A stretch of DNA of 64,000 bases from Candidatus Omnitrophota bacterium (GTDB lineage: Bacteria > Omnitrophota > Omnitrophia > Omnitrophales > Aquincolibacteriaceae). The position numbers were made by a program, and so were the translations under genes. Under the pieces are notes generated by a model. It saw only the letters and a program-made list of their open reading frames with translations, did not search any database and was not told where the DNA came from. Positions 42,406-55,603 of the stretch are shown piece by piece (positions within the stretch are counted from its first letter, which is position 1; the number at the start of each line of letters is the position of its first letter). The stretch covers positions 2,186-66,185 of the forward strand of contig JAHFHF010000007.1 in the NCBI GenBank assembly GCA_023247055.1. Reading direction: 5' to 3'.

Positions 42406-43632
42406 CTAGTTCGACAGAGGCAATTCGGCAGGCTTGGCGGGAGGAATCTCAGAGGCCAGCAAGGTGACCTGGCTGTTTTTGATGGCGACGAGTTTATCGT
42501 CAAGGCGCTTGCGGACACTGGCGAGTTCAAGTTTGGTGTTACGCAATTCGCGCGAGAACTGATCGCGCAGTTTTTCGATACGTTCGCGCTCCGCTTCGTT
42601 GAAATCAAAGAAGGTCAAACAAAGTTGAAAGCGCTGGCCTTCACGTTCAAAACTGCGCTGTAAACTATCGGCCTTTTTATAGCGTCCCTCCACCTGCACA
42701 AGATCAATTTCCGTGGGTTTATCGCGATCCACATATTTGACCGCTTCATGCGTATAACCGGCAATCTCATGCGCGCGCGCCGCGACCATATGCGACAGCC
42801 GGTTGATCCAGAAAGAAAGACGGCGGCGGATCAAGACATCGCGGAAGCGTGCCAGAATATCCTCATGCCGCTCTAGTTTACCGGCCGTCACTTCAAACTC
42901 AAGCGTTGCCAACGGCGGCACTTGCGATTCGCCAAGCAGGCGCGCGATAAAAAAGACGGAAGCCAGAATGAAGATCCAGAATTCCGCGGCAATCAGAAAA
43001 TGCTCGAAAAAACGCGGGCTGCCAATGGGCGCAACTTCGCCGTAAGCGGCACCGGTCAGGAAGAAGAGCGCGGCATGCACTGAAAAAAGCACATGCGGCA
43101 GTTTGCCGGTCTTGTCCGCCGCTTTGATTAAAAGCGCGGGGACAAAAAGAAATCCAAACGCCAAAAAGACGCAGAGCCCGAGATAAAAAACCGAAACCCC
43201 GAAATTGGCGGCGGCAATAAACGCAAAATAACCTGAGATTTTCAGTTCACCGGCCTGGGCCGCTGCTTGCTGGCTGACCATGAACATCACTAATGCATAA
43301 AAACTCAGCGTCAAACCGATCAAAGTCAAACTGGTCTTATCGCGCACACCCAGCAAACGCGCCTGGATCTTCTCCCCTTTTTGCAAAAAGGCCGGCAGGT
43401 AAAAGCCAAAAATCATGACGGCATGGAAAAGGGCGACAAATTGAACTTTTACGGCAAAAATCGGCGGCAGACCACTCAGTTCCGCAATCCCTTTAAGCGC
43501 CAGGCCCAAGGCGGTCATCCCCACCAAAGCCATAGCCCAGGTTTGGGCCCTTTCAGCATTTTCGATGGAAATCTGGGACTTGAGGCGTGAAGAAAGAAAA
43601 CTCACCCATTGATCAGGCAGTAAGGATTTCAT
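42406..43632 (-). CDS. hypothetical membrane protein (about 6-7 TM, C-terminal coiled coil)
   Basis: Long ORF with hydrophobic N-half and charged helical C-half; start uncertain. Confidence 0.75.
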   Translation of the reverse strand: MKSLLPDQWVSFLSSRLKSQISIENAERAQTWAMALVGMTALGLALKGIAELSGLPPIFAVKVQFVALFHAVMIFGFYLPAFLQKGEKIQARLLGVRDKTSLTLIGLTLSFYALVMFMVSQQAAAQAGELKISGYFAFIAAANFGVSVFYLGLCVFLAFGFLFVPALLIKAADKTGKLPHVLFSVHAALFFLTGAAYGEVAPIGSPRFFEHFLIAAEFWIFILASVFFIARLLGESQVPPLATLEFEVTAGKLERHEDILARFRDVLIRRRLSFWINRLSHMVAARAHEIAGYTHEAVKYVDRDKPTEIDLVQVEGRYKKADSLQRSFEREGQRFQLCLTFFDFNEAERERIEKLRDQFSRELRNTKLELASVRKRLDDKLVAIKNSQVTLLASEIPPAKPAELPLSN

Positions 43633-43758
43633 AAGTGGCGTATTATAGGCGGATGCCCCAGCCGCTTGCAAATTAAAAAAATCATAGCGACTCACGGAGA
43701 GACAAAGTCATCCGGGTTGAATTTCAACCTGGATGAAACCTTCCCCGGTGCCTTCCCT

Positions 43759-43801
43759 GGTGCCTGGCACCCTCCGCAGGTGCCAGCAGGGGCCTGGCAC
43801 C
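43759..43801. repeat. GGTGCCTGGCACC palindromic repeat
   Basis: Inverted copy of 17034-17076. Confidence 0.8.
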
Positions 43802-43851
43802 AGATGGGCATTGCAATCTGGGCGGTTCGGCATAAAATAGCCATCTCACCT

Positions 43852-44559
43852 ATGAATATCCTTGCATTCGATACATCCAGTTCTGTGCTCAGCGTGGCTT
43901 TAAAAACCGGCCGGCGCGAAGTTTCTGAAGCTAAATTGACGGGGTTTCTCCAGCATGCCGAGAATTTACTGCCCCTGATCGACCGGCTGCTTAAAAAACA
44001 GAAAATTTCTCTTAATAAAATCGACCGCTTTCTGATCGGCCGCGGTCCCGGCTCTTTTACCGGCCTGCGGGTCGGCTTTGCCACCCTGAAAGGTTTTTTG
44101 GCCGGCAGTTCCCGGCCCTGCCACGGCGCTGCAAGTCTGGATATGATTGTCGAAAATGCCAATCTGCCGGAAAAGTCTTTTTTGGCCGTCTGTCTGGATG
44201 CCGGCCGTCAGCGCATTTTTTTCCGGCTCTATCAGCGCAGCCGCGGAACCTGGCGTCCACGCGCTAAAGTCAAGGTGCTGAGCGTCGAAGAAACCGCCGC
44301 GCAGCTTCCCGAAAACACTTTCGTCACGGGCGATGCTCTGCGCCGTTACGCCGAGGCGCTGCTTCAGGCAGGTTCGGGAAAAAAATTTACGCTTCTCAAA
44401 GAATCATTCTGGTATCCGCGTGCGGCCACCTTGATCCACTGGACCGTGGAAAAACCTGAGGCTCTTGAACCGCTTGAAACATCACGGGATTTTGTTCCGC
44501 GTTACTTCCGGCTTTCTGAGGCTGAGGAAAGGAAAAAATATGCGTCCGCCGGCCGCTGA
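43852..44559 (+). CDS. tsaB: tRNA threonylcarbamoyladenosine biosynthesis protein TsaB
   Basis: MNILAFDTS, GPGSFTGLRVG; start trimmed. Confidence 0.93.
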   Translation: MNILAFDTSSSVLSVALKTGRREVSEAKLTGFLQHAENLLPLIDRLLKKQKISLNKIDRFLIGRGPGSFTGLRVGFATLKGFLAGSSRPCHGAASLDMIVENANLPEKSFLAVCLDAGRQRIFFRLYQRSRGTWRPRAKVKVLSVEETAAQLPENTFVTGDALRRYAEALLQAGSGKKFTLLKESFWYPRAATLIHWTVEKPEALEPLETSRDFVPRYFRLSEAEERKKYASAGR

Positions 44560-45676
44560 ATCAGGTCTCCAGATTCCTCACGCTGCCTGGCTTGAAATTC
44601 GTCTAGGCCGCATGGGTTCTAATCTCGACGCTCTGCGGGCGCATTGTTCTAAAGAGACAGATGTTCTCGCCGTCGTCAAAGCCAACGCCTACGGGCATGG
44701 GTTGTTAGAAAGCGCCCGCGCCCTGCAAGGCCGCGTCCGTTACTTGGGTGTTTCGTCCCTGCGCGAACTACTGACGCTGAAAGAAAATCACATTGAGGCC
44801 GCTATCTTTGTCTTCGGCCGTCTGGCAGGACCGGAAATCCGCGCCGCCTTGCTGGACGGCGTGACTTTAAGCGTTTCCAGCCTGGAAGAAGCGCAGGAGA
44901 TCGCCGTGGTTTCAGCCGGGCTGGGCCGCAAAACGCCTGTGCACATCAAAGTCGATACAGGCATGGGCCGTTTCGGCATTCCGTTCCGCGAAGCCGTCAA
45001 GGTCATTGAAAAAATTGTCCTCTTGCCCGCGCTTGAAATCGAAGGGTTGTATACTCACTTTCCCACCGCCGAGCTCGATGACGGCTTTGCCGATCAACAG
45101 TTGTCCGACTTCGCGCTGCTCATTCAGGCGCTAGCGCAAAAAGGCATTAAGTTCCGTTACCGCCATGCGGCGAACAGTGCCGGCATTCTGAGACACAGTC
45201 ATCCCCTGCTCAACATGGTGAGGCCGGGTCTTTTGCTTTATGGAATTTATCCCGACACAACCTTGAAATCCATAATACAAGTACAACCGGTGCTGGCGCT
45301 GAAAAGCCGGATTATGCTGGTTAAAACCCTGACAGCCGGAGCAACCGCCGGTTATGGCCGCCAATTCTCCGCCAAAAAACCAACGCGTATCGCGGTTTTA
45401 GCCGTAGGTTACAGCCATGGATATCCTTTCAACGCTTGGCGCGATGCTGAAGTCTTAATTCAGGGCAAGCGCTATAAACTGGCCGGCCGCATTTCCATGG
45501 ACTACATGGCCGTACACCTCAACGACGACACCTTGCCGCGCGATGAGGAAGTCACACTGATTGGCGAAAACCAGGGCGACCGTATTGGCGCCGAAGACAT
45601 CGCTGATTGGGCCGGTACCATTCCCTACGAAGTCGTCACGCGATTGTTGGGGCAGTTGCCGAGGATTTATTTATAA
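44540..45676 (+). CDS. alr: alanine racemase
   Basis: AVVKANAYGHG PLP-lysine motif, HIKVDTGMGRFG, GTIPYE. Confidence 0.96.
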   Translation: MRPPAAESGLQIPHAAWLEIRLGRMGSNLDALRAHCSKETDVLAVVKANAYGHGLLESARALQGRVRYLGVSSLRELLTLKENHIEAAIFVFGRLAGPEIRAALLDGVTLSVSSLEEAQEIAVVSAGLGRKTPVHIKVDTGMGRFGIPFREAVKVIEKIVLLPALEIEGLYTHFPTAELDDGFADQQLSDFALLIQALAQKGIKFRYRHAANSAGILRHSHPLLNMVRPGLLLYGIYPDTTLKSIIQVQPVLALKSRIMLVKTLTAGATAGYGRQFSAKKPTRIAVLAVGYSHGYPFNAWRDAEVLIQGKRYKLAGRISMDYMAVHLNDDTLPRDEEVTLIGENQGDRIGAEDIADWAGTIPYEVVTRLLGQLPRIYL

Positions 45677-45680
45677 AAAT

Positions 45681-45866
45681 AGCAATGAGCAACGAGTGGC
45701 GAGCAATGAGTCAGTAAGCAGCAAACTCTGAGTATGCATAAAACTGGAAGAGATTCATGCCACAATTTTTACTAGTACCTACTGGAATTATAAAATCACC
45801 GGAACACGTTTCTTTGGTGCGGGCTGGGTTTCTCCCCTCATTACTCATTGCTCATTGCTCGTTGCT
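45681..45866. repeat. inverted heptamer-array element (AGCAATG / CATTGCT)
   Basis: AGCAATG AGCAACG AGTGGCG AGCAATG AGT ... ACTCATT GCTCATT GCTCGTT GCT. Confidence 0.75.
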
Positions 45867-45872
45867 GTGTCT

Positions 45873-46433
45873 ATGAAATTCCACATCGAACACTTCACAG
45901 AACTCGCCTCTACAAGTTCCATGATTCTCCAGCAAGCGAGCCACGGGGCCGAGGAAGGTCTGGTCATTTGGACCGATTATCAAAGCGAAGGGCGCGGCAA
46001 ACCCGGCCAAAAATGGCAGTCGCCCAAGGGCAAGGACCTGCTTTTTTCGATTCTGCTGCGGCCGCCGATCAGTCCGTCTAAGGCGCCTTTCCTGACCCAA
46101 ATCGCCTGCCGCTCCGTCGCGGTTGTTTTAAAAAATAAATACGGCATTGATTCGGTTTTCAAACGCCCCAACGACATTATGATCGGCACGAAAAAAATCT
46201 GCGGCGTCCTGGTGGAATCCTCTTCCAAAACTCAAGATCGCATTGAAAACGCCGTCATCGGCATCGGACTGAATGTCAACGCCGCGGCCGATGAAATTTT
46301 CCCAACAGGCGTCTCCATGAAAATGCTGACCGGCTCAGACTATTCTCGCGAAGAAATTTTAGCTGCGCTCTTAGAGCAGTTATCCAAGGATTTGGCCGGA
46401 CTTTACGGGACTGAGGCCAAATTTCATGGCTAA
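45873..46433 (+). CDS. birA: biotin--[acetyl-CoA-carboxylase] ligase, catalytic domain only
   Basis: QSEGRGK..WQSP, KRPND, KKICGVLVE, IGIGLNV. Confidence 0.9.
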   Translation: MKFHIEHFTELASTSSMILQQASHGAEEGLVIWTDYQSEGRGKPGQKWQSPKGKDLLFSILLRPPISPSKAPFLTQIACRSVAVVLKNKYGIDSVFKRPNDIMIGTKKICGVLVESSSKTQDRIENAVIGIGLNVNAAADEIFPTGVSMKMLTGSDYSREEILAALLEQLSKDLAGLYGTEAKFHG

Positions 46434-47214
46434 ACAGGCCATCCGGACGGCACAATCTGAAAAATGGCTCTTCATGGATGTGGGAAATACCGCTTTAACC
46501 TTCCAAGCCTTGCATGGCAGCGGCCTTTCTGCTCATTTTAGTATTCCGAATAACGATATCCCAAAATTAATCTACAAATTGAGCAAAAAGGGTTTGATTG
46601 ATTCTGATACATTGATAGCCATAGCATCCGTTGTCCCACAAATATCCCGTTTTTTAACAAATGAGTTTCGTAAAACTGCCGTCAAAACGGTCCTTTTGGC
46701 CGGCGAGAATTTTCCCGTAAAAATACGTCATAAGTATAATAATTACAGTAAGTTAGGAATTGACCGTAAAATCAATGCCGCAGGCGCGATTTTTCTTTAC
46801 GGCGGGCCGTGTGCGGTTTTTGATTTTGGAACTGCTTTGACGGTTGACTGCATTTCAGCGCAGAATGTTTTTGAGGGCGGCTTCATCATTCCGGGGCCGC
46901 AAATCGCTTTTCAGGCTCTCGCGAATAAAACAGCCTTACTCCCTATTGGCCTTAAAATACCCGATAAAACACGTGGTTTTTTGGGTAGAAATACATCAGA
47001 TTGCATGAAAAATGGCATTTTAGTGGGATATGGCGCAATGGCCACTGATTTGATCCGGCAGCTGCGCCAGCGATACGGGAAAAAACTAAAAACCATCGCC
47101 ACGGGGGGCTTTGCTTCCAAAATCCGGCCCTATGCCCCAGGCTTTGACCTGATTGATCCTCAGCACACCCTCCGCTCCCTAGCACTACTCGCCCTTCAGC
47201 ATACAAATAAATAG
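46426..47214 (+). CDS. coaX: type III pantothenate kinase
   Basis: DVGNT, LGIDR, DFGTALTVD, IATGG. Confidence 0.93.
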   Translation: MAKQAIRTAQSEKWLFMDVGNTALTFQALHGSGLSAHFSIPNNDIPKLIYKLSKKGLIDSDTLIAIASVVPQISRFLTNEFRKTAVKTVLLAGENFPVKIRHKYNNYSKLGIDRKINAAGAIFLYGGPCAVFDFGTALTVDCISAQNVFEGGFIIPGPQIAFQALANKTALLPIGLKIPDKTRGFLGRNTSDCMKNGILVGYGAMATDLIRQLRQRYGKKLKTIATGGFASKIRPYAPGFDLIDPQHTLRSLALLALQHTNK

Positions 47215-47230
47215 CTAGTTTCAACTGGAT

Positions 47231-47315
47231 TTCTCCCTCTCCCTTTGGGAGAGGGCTGGGGTGAGGGGAAGACCTGTTCTCCCCTCATCCTAACCTTCTT
47301 CCGAACGGAGAAGGA
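47231..47315. repeat. CTCCCTCTCCC..GGGAGAGGG palindromic element
   Basis: CCCTCTCCCTTTGGGAGAGGGCTGGGGTGAGGG..CCCCTCATCC double hairpin. Confidence 0.65.
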
Positions 47316-47438
47316 ATAATGAGAGCAACCTTGGTTTTAAATCGATAGCGCGCCATTATGTTACATTTGCGCCCATTTTAGGCCGGCCTGATCTTTCGCA
47401 GAAATACTCTGTCCCGTACCCTCCCTCCGTAAAACCCC

Positions 47439-47503
47439 TTGATTTATAAGGGCTTCTGGCTAGAATGAAAGCCCTTTTGGCACTCTGATCCGATGAGTGC
47501 TAA
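47439..47503 (+). promoter_or_regulatory. promoter (TTGATT-N16-TAGAAT) and CIRCE element (HrcA operator)
   Basis: TTGGCACTC-N9-GAGTGCTAA at 47477-47503, upstream of groEL. Confidence 0.9.
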
Positions 47504-47623
47504 GTGGCATACCGCTTGCACTGATACGTATGCATTTTTGTACCTGCCGCAATTTAAGGTCTGCTTTTGATACCTCGGGGCAAGGCAAAATTTTGGAACG
47601 GTTTATCCGCTTTTAATCTTTAA

Positions 47624-49309
<1,686 letters not shown>

Positions 49310-49339
49310 GATCACTCAAACATTTAAATTTTTAATTCC

Positions 49340-49422
49340 GTCATTCTGAGCGCAGCGAAGAATCTCAGAGCAAAAAAAGATTCTTCGCGGTCCTGCGCAA
49401 ATCGCAGGCAGTTCAGAATGAC
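49340..49422. repeat. GTCATTCTGA..GAAGAATCT palindromic element
   Basis: GTCATTCTGAG..GCGAAGAATCT..AGATTCTTCGC..TCAGAATGAC; sibling at 51635. Confidence 0.8.
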
Positions 49423-49446
49423 AAACCAAAAAGGGAGATTCAAATC

Positions 49447-49737
49447 ATGAAAGTAAAACCATTGGGCGACAAAATTCTTGTTCAGGTTCTTGAAGCTGAA
49501 GAAAAAACCAAGGGCGGCATCATTCTTCCCGACACGGCCAAGGAAGAAAAAACAGAAGGCAAAGTCGTTGCCACCGGCGCGGGCAAGACGCTCGAATCCG
49601 GCAAAGTCCAGGCGCTTGAAGTCAAAAAGGGCGACAAAGTGATTTTCGGCAAATATGCCGGAGACGAGCTTGTCATTGACGGCAAGAAGCACAAAATCAT
49701 CAAAGAAAGCGAAGTTCTCGCTGTTTACGAGGAGTAA
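49447..49737 (+). CDS. groES: co-chaperonin GroES
   Basis: KPLGDKILV, KTKGGIILPD, KYAG. Confidence 0.97.
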   Translation: MKVKPLGDKILVQVLEAEEKTKGGIILPDTAKEEKTEGKVVATGAGKTLESGKVQALEVKKGDKVIFGKYAGDELVIDGKKHKIIKESEVLAVYEE

Positions 49738-49747
49738 CCCTTTTTTC

Positions 49748-49863
49748 TTTGTCATTGCGAGCCCATCAAAGTTTGAAGGGCGAAGCAATCTTGGTTTTTT
49801 AGATTGCCGCGTCGTCCGCTAATAAAGAAGCGGACCCTGCTGCTGCAGGTCGCAATGACAAAA
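49748..49863. repeat. GTCATTGCGAG-family palindromic element
   Basis: TTTGTCATTGCGAG..CGAAGCAATC..CGCAATGACAAA. Confidence 0.85.
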
Positions 49864-49891
49864 TGAAAAAAAGAATTTAAATTTAACGTAA

Positions 49892-51535
<1,644 letters not shown>

Positions 51536-51584
51536 TTAGTCGTGAGTCATGAGTCGTGGGTCTTGAGTAAAAAGCAGTAAGTAC

Positions 51585-51625
51585 AAAAAGCCCTGATATC
51601 CTTTGTTGGATGTCAGGGCTTTTTT
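51585..51625. terminator. bidirectional rho-independent terminator
   Basis: AAAAAGCCCTGATATCC-loop-GGATGTCAGGGCTTTTTT. Confidence 0.85.
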
Positions 51626-51634
51626 ATTCACTTT

Positions 51635-51718
51635 GTCATTCTGAACGGACAGAGAACAATTTAAATGTCGCGAAGAATCTCCGAACAATCTGAGATCCTT
51701 CGCTGCGCTCAGGATGAC
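51635..51718. repeat. GTCATTCTGA-family palindromic element
   Basis: GTCATTCTGAA..GCGAAGAATCT..AGATCCTTCGC..TCAGGATGAC. Confidence 0.8.
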
Positions 51719-51773
51719 CCTAAAAAAACGTCATTCGGGACAGGCTATTTTTTTCCTGCCTTAAACTCATGGC

Positions 51774-52724
51774 TCACGACTCAAGACTCACGACTTTTTT
51801 AATCTTCGCTGCAAAGAAACCTTCCATCAGACCGTCGGGTAAAATACGCAGGGATTTCTGGACGGCGGGATGAAAGGTTTTCTTGCCCCATGCGGCAAGG
51901 CCATCCATGCGGTTCGCGAAAGTCACTTCCGCAGGCAGGATTTCAAGGTCGCTGAATTTTTCAAGCGCCCATTCCAGAATGCCTTCGTTTTCTTCCGGAG
52001 CAAAGGTGCAGGTTGAATAAACCAACGTGCCGCCTGGCTTTAAAGCCTGCCAGGCCGAATAAAAAAGCATCTTTTGGCGCGGCACTAGACTTTTGATTTT
52101 GGCAGTTTTCCAGCCTGCGAAACTTTCCGGATCCGATAAATGAAACCGTCCCTCGCCGCCGCAGGGCGCATCCAACAGCACCCGGTCAAACTCGCCGGCC
52201 CTTTTGCGGCCTAGGTTTTCTCCTTTGGCCACCGAGTAATCCACATTCCGAACGCCTAGGGCTTCGAGATTGGCTTTCATTTTGAAAAACCGCGCACGGC
52301 TGACATCATTGGCCACAATGCGCCCCTGGTTCTGCATGCAGCCTGCTATTTGCCCGGTTTTACTGCCCGGCGCAGCAGTCAAGTCGAGAACGGCCTCCCC
52401 TGCCTGGGGTGCAAGCAATAGCACGGGCACCATGCTGGACAGTTCCTGCACGTAAATCAATCCTTCACGGTAGGCGGCGGTATTCTGCAGTTCCCGTAAT
52501 GTTCCCCGTGTCAGGATGAAAGCCTGGTCATACCAGGGCACTGGACGCAGTTCAAAGGTCTGAGCCGGAAGCGCCTTGCAGACAGTTTGAATGCTCCCTT
52601 TAATCCGGTTAACGCGAAAGGTGACGGGCCGGGCGGTCTGAAAAGACTGCAGGGCCGTTTCCAAAAATGCGGCAGGCAGGATTTTCTGCAGCCGCTCGAG
52701 AAAGGGCTCAGGGAGAGTTGGCAT
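51774..52724 (-). CDS. RsmB/RsmF (NOL1/NOP2) RNA m5C methyltransferase
   Basis: LDLTAAPGSKT, LLDAPCGG, YSTCTFAPEENE; start trimmed. Confidence 0.93.
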   Translation of the reverse strand: MPTLPEPFLERLQKILPAAFLETALQSFQTARPVTFRVNRIKGSIQTVCKALPAQTFELRPVPWYDQAFILTRGTLRELQNTAAYREGLIYVQELSSMVPVLLLAPQAGEAVLDLTAAPGSKTGQIAGCMQNQGRIVANDVSRARFFKMKANLEALGVRNVDYSVAKGENLGRKRAGEFDRVLLDAPCGGEGRFHLSDPESFAGWKTAKIKSLVPRQKMLFYSAWQALKPGGTLVYSTCTFAPEENEGILEWALEKFSDLEILPAEVTFANRMDGLAAWGKKTFHPAVQKSLRILPDGLMEGFFAAKIKKVVSLES

Positions 52725-53062
52725 GCCGGAAAATATACCATAAAGTGATAAAAACTGCATGGGACCGGGCCCCTTTTGGGGCGTGGTTTTTATTGTGGCA
52801 CGGAGGTTGCAAACTTGACAGAAAAAGCGTTCTTATCAATTGCCTCAGGGGTGCCGCGCCTCCCTTAGATTGACGTCCGCACCAGGATGTCAATGGCCGG
52901 CACCCCTCCCCCCTTCCAATTTTTGGGCACATTCCCCTTGAAAACCTACGATTTTGTGAAAAAATGTATTCTTAAATTCAGGGTTGTTGTGAATTCCGTT
53001 TCTCTCTATAATGTCCCCAATTCGCACTACCTTCAAAACCCATAGCCTTAAAGGAGAAATCC

Positions 53063-53320
53063 ATGGTTAGAAAAGCAAACCCAGCCCTGTTGAAACCTCT
53101 CGCCCTTACCCCTACTCTCGAAGCTGTTGTCGGCAAAGGTCCCTTAGCTCGCGGTCAGGTGGTCAAAAAACTCTGGGAATACATCAAAAAGAACAATCTG
53201 CAGGATCAGAAGAACAAGCGCAATATCAATAGCGATGACAAGCTGAAGCCTCTTTTTGGCGGTAAAGCCCAGGTCAATATGTTTGAGATGACGAAGCTCG
53301 TCTCCAAGCATCTTTCCTAA
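53063..53320 (+). CDS. SWIB/MDM2 domain protein
   Basis: VVKKLWEYIKKNNLQD..NKRNINSDDKL; AAGGAG RBS. Confidence 0.93.
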   Translation: MVRKANPALLKPLALTPTLEAVVGKGPLARGQVVKKLWEYIKKNNLQDQKNKRNINSDDKLKPLFGGKAQVNMFEMTKLVSKHLS

Positions 53321-53341
53321 TCTCGACCCTTTTTAAAAAAG

Positions 53342-53379
53342 AAAAAACCCCCGCGGCCGGAACGCCGCGGGGGTTTTTT
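53342..53379. terminator. bidirectional rho-independent terminator
   Basis: AAAAAACCCCCGCGGC-loop-GCCGCGGGGGTTTTTT between convergent genes. Confidence 0.9.
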
Positions 53380-53398
53380 CTTGTCTCTCGTTAATTTT

Positions 53399-55057
53399 TT
53401 AAGATCCGGCCAACGCCTTCGCGCGCACCAGCGCCTCATCAATATCACCCAGGACATTTTCTTTTCCGATCAAATCCACAAGCCCGGCGTTTTCGAGCAA
53501 TTCATAAAGATGCGGCTGGATACCTGAGAGCAGAAAAGCCGCACCGCTTTTACGGGCATTTTTATACTCTGTCTTGAGCACATGCAGTCCCGTGGCATCA
53601 ATAATGGGAACGCGGCGCATACGCACGAGAATCACTTTGGGCTTTTCTTTGGTGACCGTTTTCATGGCTTCGATAAAATTGGCGGAAGCTCCGAAGAAAA
53701 AAGGGCCGTTGACTTCATAAACCAAAACGCCTTTGGGCACTTGTTTTTTCTGGATCGCCCCGGGGTCGTCGCTCTCATCGGGCCGGTCGGCCAATTCCTG
53801 GCTGATGATTTCCGTATTAGCGACCTGCGCCATTTCTTTCATAAAAAGAAAAGCGGCCAGCACCATGCCGACCTCAATGGCTACTGTCAGATCAATAACC
53901 ACGGTCAGGACAAAAGTCAAAACAAGTACGATCACATCGCTGCGGGGACTGCGCAAAACCATCAGAAAAGAACGCCATTCGCTCATGTGATAAGCGACGA
54001 CCAGGAGAATTCCCGCAAGGCATGCAAGCGGGATGAGCCCGGCCCACTTGCCAAAAAATAGCATGATTAAGAGCAACGTCACGGCGTGGACAATGCCTGC
54101 CACCGGCGTGCGGCCGCCGTTATGGACATTCGTGGTCGTGCGGGCAATCGCGCCTGTGGCCGGCATGCCTCCAAAAAACGCGGAGGCGATATTGGCAGCC
54201 CCCTGCGCCACCAGTTCCATATTGGAACGGTGCCGGCCGCCGATCATGCCGTCGGCCACGACTGCGGAAAGCAGCGACTCAATGCTGGCCAAAAGCGCAA
54301 TGGTAACGGCTGAAGGGAAAAGCTCCCGTACCAGCGCGAGCGAAATCTGGGGCATGGCCGGTGCCGGAAGGGTATGCGGAATCTCGCCAAAGCGGCTGGC
54401 AATTGTCTCCACCGGCAGATGAAAAAAATGCACCGCCGCCGTCGCGGCCACAAGCGCAACCAGCGGCCCTGGAATTTTTACCGCCACTTTTTTCCACAGC
54501 TGAATGAGGGCCACCGTCCCTATTCCGATCACGAAGGCATAGGGATTAAACGTGTGGAAATTCTGGAAATAAACTTCCCATTTTCCGAAAAACTCAGCGG
54601 GAAGCTGCTTGATCGACAGCCCGAACAAATCTTTCATTTGGGAGGAGAAAATAATCAGCGCGATTCCGCTTGTAAACCCGATCGTCACCGGGTAGGGAAT
54701 AAATTTGATCACGCCTCCCAAACGCGCGGCCCCCATTAAAATCATCATAGCACCGCCCATCCAAGTCGCGATCAAGAGTCCGTTCAAGCCATGTTTCTGC
54801 ACAATGGCATAGACAATGACGATAAAAGCGCCGGTCGGGCCCCCGATCTGCACGCGGCTGCCTCCCAAAAGCGACACCAGCAAACCGGCAATGATCGCCG
54901 TGACCAGGCCGCGGTCAGGAGAAACTCCGGAGGCTATGGCAAAAGCAATCGCCAGGGGCAAAGCCACAATGCCGACAATGATGCCGGCGTTTAGGTCCGC
55001 AAAAAATTGCGCCCGCGTATAGGTTTTAAGCGTCGTAAAAAGTTTGGGGTAAAGCAT
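53399..55057 (-). CDS. SulP-family anion permease with STAS domain
   Basis: AGIIVGIVALPLAIAFA, GPTGAF, NGPFFFG, IDATG. Confidence 0.95.
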   Translation of the reverse strand: MLYPKLFTTLKTYTRAQFFADLNAGIIVGIVALPLAIAFAIASGVSPDRGLVTAIIAGLLVSLLGGSRVQIGGPTGAFIVIVYAIVQKHGLNGLLIATWMGGAMMILMGAARLGGVIKFIPYPVTIGFTSGIALIIFSSQMKDLFGLSIKQLPAEFFGKWEVYFQNFHTFNPYAFVIGIGTVALIQLWKKVAVKIPGPLVALVAATAAVHFFHLPVETIASRFGEIPHTLPAPAMPQISLALVRELFPSAVTIALLASIESLLSAVVADGMIGGRHRSNMELVAQGAANIASAFFGGMPATGAIARTTTNVHNGGRTPVAGIVHAVTLLLIMLFFGKWAGLIPLACLAGILLVVAYHMSEWRSFLMVLRSPRSDVIVLVLTFVLTVVIDLTVAIEVGMVLAAFLFMKEMAQVANTEIISQELADRPDESDDPGAIQKKQVPKGVLVYEVNGPFFFGASANFIEAMKTVTKEKPKVILVRMRRVPIIDATGLHVLKTEYKNARKSGAAFLLSGIQPHLYELLENAGLVDLIGKENVLGDIDEALVRAKALAGS

Positions 55058-55108
55058 GGTGATTCCTAGGAATTGATCCGGAAAATACGTGTTTTCGAAG
55101 AAGTAATC

Positions 55109-55438
55109 TTACCACTTTTTGAAAATAAAAAATACAGCGCCGATCATCAAGGCAAATCCCACGAAATAATTCCATTTCAGAGACTCCTTTAAATACACCA
55201 CGGAAAAAACGCAAAAAACTGCGAGCGTGATGACTTCCTGCATGACTTTAAGCTGGGCTGTCGTGAAGTGGTAAGAGCCGATGCGGTTGGCAGGGACCTG
55301 AAAACAGTATTCGGCAAAAGCAATCAGCCAGCTGATTAAAATGACTTTCCAAAGCGCCGATTCACGGAAGCGGAGATGGCCGTACCAGGCGATCGTCATA
55401 AAAACATTTGACAAGGTCAGCAGCAGGACGGTTGTCAC
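55109..55438 (-). CDS. DMT-family small membrane protein (DUF486-like)
   Basis: SNVFMTIAWYGHL, EYCFQVPANRIG, QLKVMQEVITL. Confidence 0.88.
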   Translation of the reverse strand: MTTVLLLTLSNVFMTIAWYGHLRFRESALWKVILISWLIAFAEYCFQVPANRIGSYHFTTAQLKVMQEVITLAVFCVFSVVYLKESLKWNYFVGFALMIGAVFFIFKKW

Positions 55439-55603
55439 AATGCAACTCCTTTAGGTTAAGAGCATTAGAACGTTGTTTAAGGTCCATGTATGAGGCTTGA
55501 TTTTTTAGAGCCCTGACTATAGTATCGTACGAATTTCGAACGCCTTAACACTGCGAAGGGACAAGGCTTACCCGCCCCGGCCTCGCGATCATAATTTTTA
55601 CCC

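Noticed and set aside
45873-46433. birA as a pseudogene (no HTH, no C-terminal domain)
   Set aside because: Catalytic motifs are intact and the stop overlaps the coaX start, so a short functional ligase is more likely.
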